Source of the DNA: Zygnema circumcarinatum SAG 698-1b
Lineage: Eukaryota > Plantae > Zygnematophyceae
Assembly (NCBI GenBank): GCA_037447605.1
Contig: CM074817.1
Location: 434,001-498,000, forward strand
Length of the DNA stretch: 64,000 bases
Direction: 5' to 3'
In this document: one piece after another, positions 36,856 through 50,339 of the stretch
How positions within the stretch are numbered: position 1 is the stretch's first letter
Layout of the letters: the number at the start of each line of letters is the position of its first letter
The notes under the pieces: generated by a model
What the model was told of the DNA's origin: nothing
The model's database searches: none
Seen by the model: the letters and a program-made list of their open reading frames with translations, nothing else
Program-made: the position numbers and the translations under genes

Positions 36856-39588
36856 TCACGCCTTCTCGTTCAGACTCTCGACAGCAAAGCCCGGCATAGG
36901 AAACGACGATGACCACTTCTCGACATCGGCGCGCAGCTCCGCAATGGCGGCATTCCCCTCCAAGCCCTTGTTGAAGTCGCGCAGAAGCTTCCCGTGCTCC
37001 TGCTGGATGCTCAGGGTGATGTTGATGGCCCTCTCCAAGAACTTTGCGATCTGTTCAAAATCAGCCTCCTTACATGACCGGGATGTCATGGCCGGAGTGC
37101 CTGCATCCCCTTCCCTCCACTGACTGGGATGAGGTTTGCCAACACCGGTTGAGGAAAGGCTAATGAGGGAGAGTTACTTTGCATGCAGCACATTGATCTC
37201 CAAAGGCGCCAGAGAAGAAAACATTGTCTAAGGTACAATTACATCAACAAAGAAGAGCCTACCTCCAGACTCTGTTATGCGTAATAAACAAGGGAAGGAG
37301 GGAAACAGGAACTAGATTCCGAGCATCCCGATTACAAACTAAGTCCAACATGCAACAACAGCAAGCTCTAAGCCTCCCTCGCTGCAACAAGCGTTGCTTT
37401 GTTCCTGCTGTAACTGTTTGTCTCCGCGGTGCAGAAGAAAGCAGGGAGCTCTCACCAATGCGAATCCCTCCTGGTGACAAGGCGCTGCTGTCTCCAAAGA
37501 CCGCATTCTTGTTGAGTGTGATATGGGAGAGCTCACAAACCTTTTCCACCTTATTGCCTGCACGCTCCAGAAAAACGACACGCTGGTTACGCTTCTATTA
37601 CATTAACCACAGACCACAAGTGTTTACCGGAAACACCTACAGACTTGCATCAATTTAGATATGTTTCTTCGACAATGCTATAGCAAATCCGTTATTTGCT
37701 TAACAGTGAGCATACCATTTGTACTTCACATCATGTCTCAGTCTGTCGGTTTCAGTCAGCACTTGACTAGCCTAAAATCTTCAATTGTTGAAACATCACA
37801 GATGGGGAAGTGATTCGGAGCGGGACTGCAACTTTTAGTAACCAACGGCAGACACTGACGCTACACATCCTTGTGAGTTCAGATTATGACAGAGGAAGGA
37901 GCCCCCTGGCGATAAACTCGCCGTATACCCTTCCCATGGTGACAGGCGCTGCTCGGTAGATAGGATTCTAATGTGCTTTTGAAAGAGATTCAAAGTAGTC
38001 AATATGAGAAAACCATTCACTGTTCAGGTCAGATAGGCAGTACAAGTGATTGGAAACACTTTCCTATAAACGTTTTGATAAAACTTGCTAAAGAAGAAAT
38101 TGTAATAATGGAAAGGAATACTTACAACAACTCATGAATTCCTCAAGTTCAGCGACCTAAGATAGAAAAAAAAAATGGTCGGGGGGTCCACGGCAGCATG
38201 CCACACATCTAGGTTTAGAATGGTGAACTGACCAGTAAGGCCGAGAGGGCGGAGGTCCCATAGCACAAGATGGTTGTCGGTGCCGTCAGTCACAAGCTTA
38301 TAGCCCTTTGCTGAAAGGGCGGTGCCAAGCGCTTTAGCATTCGTCTTCACCTGTCGCGCATACTCCTTAAAGGCAGGAGAAGCCGCCTGCTTGAGCGCCA
38401 CAGCGAGGGCACCGATTTGGTGGTTGTGAGGGCCGCCTTGCAGAGATGGAAAGACAGCGAAGTTAATCCTCTCCTCATAGTCGTATTGAGCATCCTCTGG
38501 CTGCCCCTTCCTTGCTGGCTTCGGACCCTTCCGGTAGAAGATCATGCCCGAACGAGGACCCCTCAAGCTCTTATGTGTGGTGGTGGTCACGACATCGCAA
38601 TAATCAAAGGGATTAGCTGCCTCCTGCAACCTTGCAACAACCAGGATAATTAGTGAAACTGCAACAGCTCGAATTTATCATGGAGCCTAATCTCAATTTG
38701 AATCCGCATAAAATAAGAACTCTTGACCTGTGACAACATCGAACAACTGTTGACATGGCTGCATGAGGCACACGTGCTACCAGAAACCGTTCCAAAGCAG
38801 GAAAAGCATTGCGACAGAGGAGTACAAGTAGAAAGCAGGCAAAAAGTCCCAGCACTCTGCTAATTATGCAACAGCCACTTCAAGCTCAATTCAGTTCTCC
38901 TTTGTTTCACCTGTGCAGCGACGAGCCCGCTGATATGAGCCATGTCGCACATCAAAAGTGCCCCGCACTTGTCAGCAATGACCTTAAACCGAGAATAATC
39001 CCAGTCGCGAGGATACGCACTGCCTCCACAGATGATAAGTTTCGGCCTGAAATCCAACGCCCGCTCCTCCAACTTTACAAAGTCGATGTAACCAGTCTCG
39101 GGATCAACCTTATATGGCAACGACTCAAAATAAATCGATGTTGCGGACACACGTTTCCCCCCCGCCGTGTAATATCCGTGCGTCAGATGCCCCCCTGACG
39201 GAAGATCCAGGCCCATAATGCGGTCGTGTGGCTGCAGGAGCGCCGTATATACTGCAAAGTTTGCAGGACTCCCGGAGTAGGGTTGCACGTTAACTCCCCA
39301 CTTGTCAGGGTCCACGTGGAAGGCCTGCAGGGCGCGTCTCCTGCAGATGTTCTCCACCTGATCGATGAACTCGTTGCCTCCGTAGTAGCGAGATCCCGGC
39401 AGACCCTCGGAGTACTTGTTGGTAAGTGCGCTGCCCAGCGCCTCCATGACTGCTCGGGAAGTGAAGTTCTCGGAGGCGATCAGCTCGATGCCCTTCCACT
39501 GCCTCTCTTTCTCCTTCTCTATGAGCGTAAAGATTTCCGCATCCACATCCGCCAGGCTTGAATTCCCCCACACCTTCACTTCCTCCAT
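36856..39588 (-). CDS. SHMT: Serine hydroxymethyltransferase, cytosolic type (SHM4-like); 4 exons
   Basis: [43 protein letters not shown]-lysine motif [30 protein letters not shown]...GGIRIG|TPAMTSR. No transit peptide. Confidence 0.97.
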
Positions 39589-40986
39589 GGCTGCGGCTCG
39601 GCTCAGTCTCTAGAAGCAGCGGGGTTCGCAAAGCCGCTCTGCTCCGCTCCCTCCCTCTCTCCCTCTCTCCCTCTCTCCCTCTCTCCCTCTCCCTTTCTCC
39701 CTCACTCCCTCCACCCTCTCTCTCTCACAAGCGGCAGTCTGGGCCTCGATCCTTTGTCTCTCAGAGCAGGCGTCGTCCGTTTAAGGGCAAGAGAAAAGAT
39801 TGATCGAGCTTGGCCCGCCGAGAGCGCACCCCTCCGCAGTACTGATTTCGTACCGTTTCAAGTACAGATCCGTTCGGAATCGGTAGCGCCTGGCTGCCCC
39901 CTGCAGTAGGGGCTGCCGCCCGCGCGCCCCCCCGGCCACTTTACCGCTGCCCCCCGAGGCGGCGTGCAGGCGCTGAGGCCTGCCACGTGGCGACATCCAG
40001 GCCGTTCGTCTCAGGGGGCAGGCATATGCCTGCCCAGCGTCACAAGGATGGCTTCCGCGAAGCTTCCTAGTGATTCACCCCCCCTCGGCCGAAGATTCGT
40101 GCGATTTTTTAGCGCGTCGAAGGCGGCGGAGTCACGGCCTGTCGTCCGTATCATATCTGCAATACCGACCACTGCCAGCTTGCACCCGATACTGCCTGTG
40201 TTCCGTAACGCTCACGTTCGCTGACGTTTTGAACATTTGAGCACGTTTTCGGGCAACTATTTCGTGTCGTAATTAGACTGAGCATGAAATTTGAAGGCTT
40301 GATTTTTTTTTCAGTGAACTTTTTCCATAGTTGTCTCAGAAGTTTAAGGAGTTCACTCACTAACGAGGGTGCTATGCAGCCACTTTGAGCATGTGAACAC
40401 GCATGCGAGTCTCCAAGCAATGTGTTAGCCTGTGCTGAGAGGCACCAGGCCCCATTTTTGTCAGTCATCACCTTTGGCCCCATTCCCATGCTCTACACCG
40501 TGAGAATTCAATTCCACCCCTTTCCATTCCTTGACATGGCCGCATAGCCACTGTAGACCGTTTAAGATTGAGCCAAAGAAACGAATAAACTGTAAATCAA
40601 CACCCTCGTGACTGTTCATTGACCGATCTGTTGCCGGTACAGAAACAAGACATGAGCGTTGCACTCTGCCGCTCATCCACGTCATTCACGTAGGGCTTCC
40701 AACTGTCATGGAGGCAAAACTTGTGTACAGCTTTCATTTATTTTCCGTGCCACAGGATTGAATGCCCACAATTCGTGGGTGTCAGCAGCCCCTCGCTCGA
40801 CCACATTTGCGGGCGCACTTATCTTGCTCTCAATGCGGTCAGTTCCGTACGTTCTCCCAAGAGGAGCAAGCATTCCGCAGAGGTAGAGCCACTGTCCCCA
40901 CACTTGCAACAGGCTCCTCGTCACGCCTGCGGAGACACAAAGCAGCCGTACTCTGAAATCTATTGAGGGATATGAGATACACCTAT

Positions 40987-43435
40987 TTAAGCTGCGGCAG
41001 TCTCTGGTTGCTTAGCTGCAAATTCCAGCCCTTTCTCGATGCTGCCTTTCAGCTCGGGCTTCAAATCCTCAATCCCCTTCTTCTCATAGTCGGAAAGATC
41101 TTCCAGCTCAGCCTTCACAAAAGCTTCCAAGCCATTCTTTCCGAGCTTCACTCGAGATGCGAAAAAGGACAAGTCCGTCAACTGCCAGACACAGTCGAGT
41201 GTGCGTCATAAACACATTAGCCAAACATTAGAAAATCCCCAAAAGGCAACCTTGCAGGAAAAACAACTTGCTCGTCTCTCGGTAATTTACCACATAGCAA
41301 TGAGACATTGGTGAGCCTCGTCCTACTGAACCTCGATTACAAACAGCCACCAACACCAACACTATCTAGCCTATCAGCTCTAATACTGGTGAACATCAAT
41401 TAGTGCAGCACGGAGTCACAGTCCCCCAACATTCACATTCATTCACAACCCATACACCTGCACAGATATGCAGAAGCAAATGAAGGACTCACATCAGATT
41501 GTACGTAAGAGCACTCGTACACATCCGGATCTCCGTCCAAGGCCCTCAGGCAGGACTCAGCAAAGCGCGCTGCGGCATAGGCCTGCATCGAAACCATCAA
41601 ACTTCGTGTCAGCAGGCACCAAACATATCAGACGTGCTGGTCTAAAACCCAAACACGAACTATTATAATAGCGACAACGCCAAAACCTGATCAAACTCTG
41701 CAACTATTCTGTACTGACGATAGTACGTCATTCAAAATGCACAGGTGAACAGGCCAACGATCAGGCAACACCCCAAAAAAAAAACAGTGGACACTAATGC
41801 ACCATCATACGCTGCAAACATAGTGCTGCAAATGCGCACCATCGAAAGAGTCGCAGAACCGGCGCCCGCCTTGGCCTGCACAATATTTGCAAAAATACTG
41901 GTTAGGCAAAGAAACAAAAGCGAGTGTGTGGCTGACCATACGAACAAGGGCTTGCTTTAGCATGTCCAACGGTCGAACTTTAACTGCATACCTTGCTGGT
42001 CTGGGCCTGGGCTGGGCTTTAGGTCAGTCAGTTGCAAGAAAAAAATAAAAAATTACCTCGACAACTTCAGTGCCAGCGTTTTGAATCCTGACTGTGAGGC
42101 TCTCGATCTCCTCATCAGTGAAAGTCACAGAGGGCTTTGTTTTTGACAAAAGGGGAAGAATGGTGATGCCGGCGTGGCCGCCAATCACAGGTACGTCCAC
42201 GTCAATTAACTTCAAGTTCTTGGCTTCAGCAACAAACGTGTTCGCGCGCACAACATCAAGGGTTGTGACGCCAAAAACCTTCTTAGGATCATACACACCC
42301 TTTGCCTTCAGTACTTCCGCTGCAATTGGGACAGTCGAGTTGACGGGGTTGCTGATGATGTTGATGAGAGCCTGCAGCCAAACCAAGCCCTTTTTTAGAG
42401 CCTCCAGAGAGACATACAAAAAATGCCAACCTCAACGAGATGAATACATGCTAACCCACAGTCGATCTTACACTGTAAAGAAACAGGTTCAAGCGCCCTG
42501 CATGGGTGTCGAGATCAGTTTCATTGGAGATTCAGAAACAAGAAAACACTATGCACAGCACATCTTTCGTTCCTTCACTGTTGATTTGCGCTTTTCCATA
42601 AAAGTATAGTTTTAACTCGATTGGCAGACTGGTTTGCTCACATTTGGGCAGTTATCAGCCACAGCTTCAATAAGCGACTTCACAATACCCGCATTGATTT
42701 TGAACAAATCATCGCGAGTCATGCCCGGTTTACGAGGGATTCCTGCAGGAATAATCACGAGATCAACACCAGAGAGAGCACTTGCGAGCTCATCTGGGCC
42801 GGTAAAGCCAATGACCTGCAAAATACGGTACAGATTCATTTCCAAATCATTATTTATTTATGGAAGAAGCAGTGACCCTCGACTCACAGGCTTGGTTAAG
42901 CAATGCTTGCAAAGGCCTACCTTTCAGAAAACTAATCACCATGACATGTCAGACGAAGATTAACATGCAGCAGAACAGTAAAGTGGCAAGGTGCCCTAGG
43001 ACATGACAATACCTTTGCAGGTGTGTTGCAATGGCTTAAATCTGCAGCGACACCCTTGACATTAGCTATGTCGTACAGATGAAGAGCAGACACAAGCGGC
43101 GACATCTTGACCAACAGGGAGAGCGGCTGCCCAATGCCTCCTCCAGCTCCCAACACAGCCACTTTGAAGGCCGCCGCAACCGCAGTTCCAGTCCGCTTCT
43201 CAGATGCCGCCCTCCGGACACTGGCACGTCTCTCTCCCACCCTAAGGCCATTCGAATAACGAGAAGCGACGGCACCGGCTTTCAGCCCCGCGAACTCCTT
43301 AATCTCCACCTTCCCAGCCCCGGGAAGGCAGCTGACAGCGGCTTGTTGTCTTCGAGAACCAGTTGCAGCCTGAACTAGGCTGCATCCTGCTTCCAAGGAG
43401 AAGGTCCTGCAGCCTGAAATAGTCGCGGCAGCCAT
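40987..43435 (-). CDS. MDH: NAD-dependent malate dehydrogenase with plastid-type transit peptide; 6 exons
   Basis: ~85 aa Ser/Ala/Arg-rich presequence, then [88 protein letters not shown] and [12 protein letters not shown]; stop at 40987. Confidence 0.97.
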
Positions 43436-44686
43436 GGCTGGCGGCTTTCCTGAACTCCCTCCTGCAGTGCGCGCGGACGAGCAAGGTGACGGTCAGAGGG
43501 ATTGAGTTTTCCTTCCAGAAGAAAAGTGGAGGTAGCGCGCCCCCAAATATCCATCCCCCGCCGCGGCCCGGGCAGAGAAAAAACGTATTTTGGCCAATGA
43601 GCGCCCGAGCCGGGGACGCTCGCGATGCGACGGGCCGACGCGTGGCAGGCCGAGCGGATCCAGGCCGTCCCATTGGCGGGCCGCTGGGGGGCGAAAGTTT
43701 CTCCCGCTGGGCGCGTTGCGCTGTGCGCCTAATGAGAAAGTTTCGTATCGCAGGGCTGTGCCCCCATCCCTTCTCCCTGCAGCACGCTCACACTCGATGA
43801 TGCGCCGCGCGGCCGGGATTGGCGGAGGGCCCGTGCTAATGCGACAGGCTACTTTGTACGGGTGTACACGTGGATCATTTACTATCCGCCACGTGTCCTA
43901 GTTCCCTCAGCCTGGCTGGCTGGCTGGCTGGCTGTGCAGTGCCGGCTGCTGCTGCTATGCTGCAGAGGGAGGGACAGAGGGAGGGAGGGAGGGAGGGAGG
44001 GAAGGAGGGAGGCAGGGGAGGCACAGCTGCAGGCAGGCCGGCAGGCAGGCAGGCATAGGGAGGGAGGGATGATGCTCTCGTGCACGAGGACTTGCTGTTG
44101 CTGGGGTGAACGCAAGCCTTGCTTTGAGAGTGCTTACGCCTCATCTCGTGGTTATTTCTGATGGAGGGAGGGTGGGAGGGAGGGTCTGTGCGCTGCGCCG
44201 CATGCACGTTGACGGGCAGAACAGCGAAGAAGCCAGTGTGCCCCCACTCCTGCTGCTGCTGCCGTTGCTTTACGGGCCGACGTATGCCGTCACGGCTCGC
44301 GGAGTCCGAGCAAACATGTAACATCCTGCTGCCACGTGCTCACTGCGCATCGAGCGTGCCCCAAAGCATTCTGGCATGGCCAGTGCCCACGACATACCAA
44401 CCCTGAGAAACATGAAAGAGGTTTGACGTTTGAGGTCCTGCTACCACTTTCTATCGCACGGTTGTAGTAGCTCGGGTAATCGAATTATATGAACAGTTGA
44501 GAACATGGAACTCCAAACATGCACTTAATCGCTAGCCTGGACACGTCTATACAAAAATGAGTTGGAACTCGGACTAGTAATGTACTTATTTTCAGCCGGG
44601 TGTCCAGCTACATTCACAAATCTACACGTGATCAACAAACCTCTGCAAAGCAGTGGTCCTGCCCACGCAGCACTGCGCCGCCACTC

Positions 44687-45404
44687 CTACTTGGCATTGA
44701 CTGTGATGCCCTTCTGCACTGCTGGGCGCGCATAGACGCGGTCGAGCCACGCAGCCACGTTAGGGTACTCTGCCATGTCCAAAACATCCGTCATCCGCGT
44801 CCTCCCGCCGTTCATCCAGGGGGCGAGCGAGATGTCAGCCACGGAGTATTCGCTTGCAAGGTATTCGCGCCCTTCCAGATGGCCGTCCACAACCTTGAAC
44901 AGGCTGCAAGGAAAGATGCCTGGGGATGTCAGCACATTCGCTTTCGGCACAACAAAAGATGGATAAAGCAAAACTTCAAAAGTAGACACTACATAACTCC
45001 ATATGCGCCATCACGGCTTCAGAATGGCTCAAGAGCCGTACCGCTTCACTTCTGTGAGGTATCGCTCCAAAGGGTACGGATGATCCATTTTCTCTTTAGA
45101 GAGGGACTTGAAATGGCCAAGCTGCCCCATCATTGGACCTACTCCTCCAACCTGCAAACCAGGATTAACTCAATCACGTCATAACAGTAGTCTGGCATGG
45201 GTATGCTGTAGTGTAAAAGAATGTTGTAAAAAGGGGCGGGAAAGCAAACAGGCAGCAAGGCTTGGTTTCAGAATTCCACCTGGAAAAAGAGCCACTGAAT
45301 AGCTACCCACTTTTCCGCAGGATCCGCAGGAAGCAGCTTGCCATACTTCTCGGCCAAATACAAAAGGATTGCACCACTCTCGAAGACATTGAGGGGTTTA
45401 CCTC
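44687..45404 (-). CDS. Glutathione S-transferase, Nu-class/YfcG-YghU or Ure2p-like; 5' exon(s) not visible, probably in the gap at 45746
   Basis: Three phase-compatible exons: GGKPLNVFESGAILLYLAEKYGKLLP...QWLFFQ | VGGVGPMMGQLGHF...YPLERYLTEVKR | LFKVVDGHLEGREYLASEYSVADI...YPNVAAWLDRVYARPAVQKG*. The FESGAILLYLAEK and GPMxGQ motifs are typical of this GST class. Confidence 0.9.
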
Positions 45405-47017
45405 CTGCAAATGTGCAGTCAACACTGATCAGAAAAGACCCAAGTAGAAAAAATGTTCGAATATAGTCGCATGATAGTGCTCTTGCTGTTGATCGACTAC
45501 AGAGTATGCTCCTCTCCATTTCCTTCCTAAAACTACTACAGCGGCTACAAGCTTTCCTTCTTAATCCTGCTACAGGGGAAAAAAGTGGCTCAAAGAAGAA
45601 TCGTCACAAAGTACAGAATTAAAAAATAAGCATCTAAGGTCACACTCCGACATGTAACAATGTTCAGTAAAATAGACTGAAACTCCTTGATCTTTTGAGA
45701 CATTGTATTAAACTCAAACAAAAAGGTAAATAGAAAAGGGGGAGTNNNNNNNNNNCCCCCCCCCCCCCCCGGCCCCAGGGGGGGTGGGAGGGTCTTCGGG
45801 GGAGGGAGGAGAGGCGGGCGGTGAGCGCAGGCAGGCGGAGGGACGGAAGGATGCGGCCGCTCTCAGGTCGCGGACGGCGGGCAGTGCTGAGCCGGGAGGG
45901 GAGGGGGAGGGGGAGGGAGGCCTTCCACGCTCAGCCTCGCGCGGGTGAGAGCCGGATAGATGGTGCACGCATGGACGTTACATTCTTGACGGCAGGCATG
46001 AAGGTGGAACAAATGGAAACGGGAAGGAATGTCGTTCTGACGACTAGACTGGGCGTGCTGCCCATTGTCTTTATTCACGCAGGAGTGCTCGAAACTGAGC
46101 CCTTCCAACCCCCCTTTTCTAACAGCTCAAAAAACTTATGATGATATCCATAAGTTGAATACTATTTGCTAACTTCTCATGTACACCAGTAGAAACTGGA
46201 ACAACTGACATGCGGCGTTTACTGCTTATCAGAGATCCCATGTACAATGCGTTGCATCCCACACTGTCAATGTGGGTGTTTTTTTTCAGATTTTTCACTT
46301 GCGTAAAGCGCCGCTCATGCACCCTCCATCCTCCGAGATCAGGAGCGTCATTTGCGAACTTTACGACTTTACCTTGGCCCAGCCCCCCACTCAGCACAGC
46401 AAAAATGCAGTCATGGCACCAATTCTGTGTTCAAGTGCAAGCAAGGGCAGTGCAAGGTAGAGCAGGAGCCGTTTAACGGACTACCTGCCATGCAAAGAGC
46501 AGACTTACCCAATCACACCACTAACTTAACCCTACTTTTGCTGAGGCTACTTCTGCATAACAGAATTGCACAAGATGGAGCAGCAAACCGTAATCTTAGT
46601 TTGCTGTGCTTATTGAGCAAATTCACACCCACCTTGCGTGGTTGCCGAGTCGTAGCCAACTTATGAGGAAGCAGAACGAACAGGCCTTCACCCTGCACAC
46701 TCGTCAGTACACCACAGCTCGTGAGCATTCAGCACAATGGGGACAAGAATTTCCGCCATGGGTTTTCCATACGCAGTTGCAAAAACGTTTCTGCAAAATA
46801 TTGTCTATATCCTCGTGCAGCATGCAAGAATTAGGGTTCAAATGAAAGGTAAATTGCAAACAGAGAAATGTGACTAGCATAACGGTACAGGTGAGGGGTC
46901 AATAGCATTCAGAGAAGGTTTAGACGCATTGAACGGAATAATACACAGGGAAAGGCGAACAGAGTTCAGAGAAAAGGTTAAGTGCGGGCCCGTGAACCCG
47001 TATTGTGAATGAAGGCC

Positions 47018-50000
47018 CTATCGGATGCTCCGCATGTTGCCTGCTGACTGCTTCGCATCGGTGCGCCTCCTCTTGCGAGGAGAGCTGAAGACTGTCCACA
47101 GGCGAATGGTTTCGTCGGCTGCCGCCGTCGCCACCGTTCTGCCATCGGGACTCTGTAGCCAACGCTTGGAGGAAGGAATTCAGATTCCGGACGCGTTGTA
47201 TTATGGCGAACCGTAAAGCTACAAAACAGTGAATTTGCAGAGATGAGCCAATTCGCTTTCCAAAACTATTCATGAAGGTTTCGTTAAATATCAGGTGTCT
47301 CAACAAATGCGGAGTGCAAACCTGCAAATTGCCCACCCTTCACTGTATTTACCAAAAAAAGTCTTACCATGGCCGTGTGCAGTATGCGTGACTCGTGGCC
47401 GCTCATGTTAGCCATTTTCGTCATCGTCGGGTAGCTCCACAGACTAAGGTTGTTTTCACTGAAGCCATGCGCGCTTAGGAGTTCTCTGTCTGTGCTGCTC
47501 CACTGCAGCCCGGTGACCTGATAAGGAACAAAGTGTCAGTGGTATGCGTGGCCTTCTGACGAATCAATGATGTCTTCCGTCCTCAAACATAGCGTATAAC
47601 ACTCAGCGTTGAGATGTTCCAGACCTGAGACGATGTCTCTATGCAGTTGAGGCAAGCGCCAGTGGTCGTATTCCAAAATCGAATGGAGTTATCGGAAGTG
47701 CCACCGCCAGAAGCGAGAAGGTTGTTCTGCCATGCCAGAATCCCCCTGTACTGTTTGCTTCACCAATACTTGGTAGTTGCGGTCACTTACACGATTCTCC
47801 ATACTGATAAATACGACAACACCTACATTGGTCTATAATCTACCCGGCTTTATTCTTGAAATGGCATATGAAGTTTTTCTGCGAGAAGTACAGTTTAGTT
47901 TGGGTTATGTACCTGGAACGGAGCCCAAGCGAGGCCCTTGACCGCGGCGCAGTGCGCGGTGAGGCGGTGCAGGCGCGGGTCGCTGCGCGCCGACGCGGCG
48001 TCCCAAATGTTGAGCAAGTTGTCATTGCCGCCGCTGGCGAGCAGCCGCCCGGACGGCGCCCATTGCAAGCCGCACACTTCCCCGGTGTGGCCCCGGAGCC
48101 GCGACGTCATGTGCTCGCGGATGCGCACTGCGAAAGGGCAAATCCACCAAGTGTAAGCATAGCAGGGAAGCTGAACATGTGGACTTGGAGAAACGCAGTG
48201 CGTGCTTTCGCCTTCTTGGACCCGGAATGCGATTTCAGTGAGCAGGCAGCATCACGAGCAGCCCTCGCTAAGGGTGTTTGCAGAGAGTTCAGGGCCGTGA
48301 TCGCTGACATCCATCTGCTAGGAGGGTCATGCAGTGACGGTACCGTCGTGATTGATGATCTGCGCGTCGCTCCCTCCCGAGGACAGAATGGAACTGTTCC
48401 ACGCCAGGCTGGTCACTCGCCGACTGTGGCCGTCCAAGCTCCGCACCTGCATCGAGCGCCACAATCCCCATCCTCCTGAAGAGTCAGTTTGGCAAGATAA
48501 AAGTCTGACGGTCCAAGTTTGATGGAGAGGGCGCTCAACTTAGAGCTGCCAGTTCAAGTATGCATGCGGAGGGAAGGTCAGCAGTCTTCACTAGAGAAAT
48601 AAATGCGTGCCACGATTCTGCTACAGACAATCCCTGGCTATTTTTTTTTATGTTCCATAAGCTCGAGCACACAGGCATAGAAATGCGGACATTTTCATGT
48701 GGAGCAAGAAGCCTTCCATAGCCTTCCTTGACTGGCAAGTCAAGTCTTCTCAATGTAACCGATATTCACAGTCTGTCACTTATGTCAACCCTGTCGGCTG
48801 AGTGTGCCCTTACCTGTCGGCTGAGTGTGCCCTTACCAGTCGACAAGGCGAGGAGTTCCAGATTTGTACTTCGTTGCTGCTGAGGCCGACCGCAATGTGG
48901 CGCCCGTCCGCCGCCCAGGCCAAGCTTCCGACGTAGTCCTGACCTTCCGTCGCCATGAGCTCCCGCGTTGCGCGGGTGGCCGCATTCCAGAGGTACACCG
49001 CGCCGCCCAGGCCCACCGCCAGCGTGCCGCGGGAGCTCCAGGAAAGCACGTTCAGATAGAAGTCGTTCAGGAGGTCGGGGGCGTCGAGAATGCGCTCGGC
49101 CGTCTGCAAAGAGAGTAGAAACATTTTAAGTCCTGACGACGTCAGCTAAATTGCCACCTGGAACCAACCTTGGTTAACATCCACAAAAAGATGGTAGCTT
49201 TCATGTCAACCGATAGCATTTTCAAGATAAAAAAATCCGTAACCTTTTGGCAACACTGACCTGCGGAATGTGCCGTCTTTGAGGTTTTGGTTTCGGTGTC
49301 TGGCATTCGGTGGTTTTATAATCCATCTGTAAGAGAGGAGCTCCTGACTGTGAATCTACAGGCTTCTCTCGAAATTCTAGGACTCTCCCCTTTGCAGGTG
49401 AATCAGTCGGTAGCCAAAAGGTTTCAGCAAGTCTGTCTTTATAACCTCTCTGCGCATTACAACAGTCACAAGGCACAAAGCTTTAATTGATCCTGAAAAT
49501 CCAACAGCAAGACAATGCATGAGGCGCAACCAGCACTGGTTCAAGCTGAAGGATACTGTTCTTTACAACGCAACAAATGATAGTCATGCTATAATTCATT
49601 CCCTTGTGTTTCTTTGTGCTCTCAGGGGGCGCAAAATTTTGCAACAAGGCTGCAATGACAGCTGTCATGCGCCTTTCTAGCTCCCATCCTTTTATTTTCC
49701 TTTGGAATTGCACCAGCAGAATAGTATCGTAAGACACTGGCGTTGTAATTGTTAGTGTAGGTTAGTTAGTGGTGCATAGTTTATGGAAGCATGGGGCTGT
49801 TGGGAGTCTAGAAAGACTAGGCAGCAGAGCTAGCGTCTACAGTAATGCCAGACTTAGCCCCTATATGATACCATGGCCTTTACTGGAATATGGAAAGGTC
49901 CGGGTCATCCGATGTACCCTTTTGGTCTCCGTAGCCATGTCACGTGTGGCCTCCTTGGATTCTCGGACTAGAAACGATGAAACGTCCAAGCCCATGCTGC

Positions 50001-50339
50001 TACGTGTTGGAATGAATCGATCTCCCTGTGTCCACTCTCGCGGTGCCATAATCCACACGATAATGATTAGACTTCATATTTCCAAATAAATTCTTACAAC
50101 TGGCCACTATAGTCCAATTTTGTCCAGAAATGGCATTCCCTTAATTTTCCGTCATCGCAAATGCCCCTGAAGTCGATACACAAACGTCTTCCTAACCCTG
50201 ACCTTATCTACAGCAATATTCTTACCTGCACTGATCTTAGAGTTGCATTTCGAGGTGTACAGGGACTCCGGTTGCCCTTGAAATTGCTGACGGGAGTACG
50301 CGGCGAAAGCGAGCCCGTGCTCCCTGTGCAATGATCCAT
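47018..50339 (-). CDS. CDC20: CDC20/FIZZY APC/C co-activator (C-box, Mad2-interaction motif, WD40, IR tail)
   Basis: Exon 1 MDHCTG...SVQ splices to C-box GDRFIPTR. Then RVLEFREKP (MIM-like), [32 protein letters not shown]...[50 protein letters not shown] and C-terminal ...SIR* (stop 47018-47020). Confidence 0.96.

Noticed and set aside
46513-46728. Possible missing GST N-terminal exon (HKLATTRQPRKVGV)
   Set aside because: Only a vague resemblance to TPNGxKV, with no downstream LEE/NPNxKIP motifs. The true exon is more likely in the 45746 gap.
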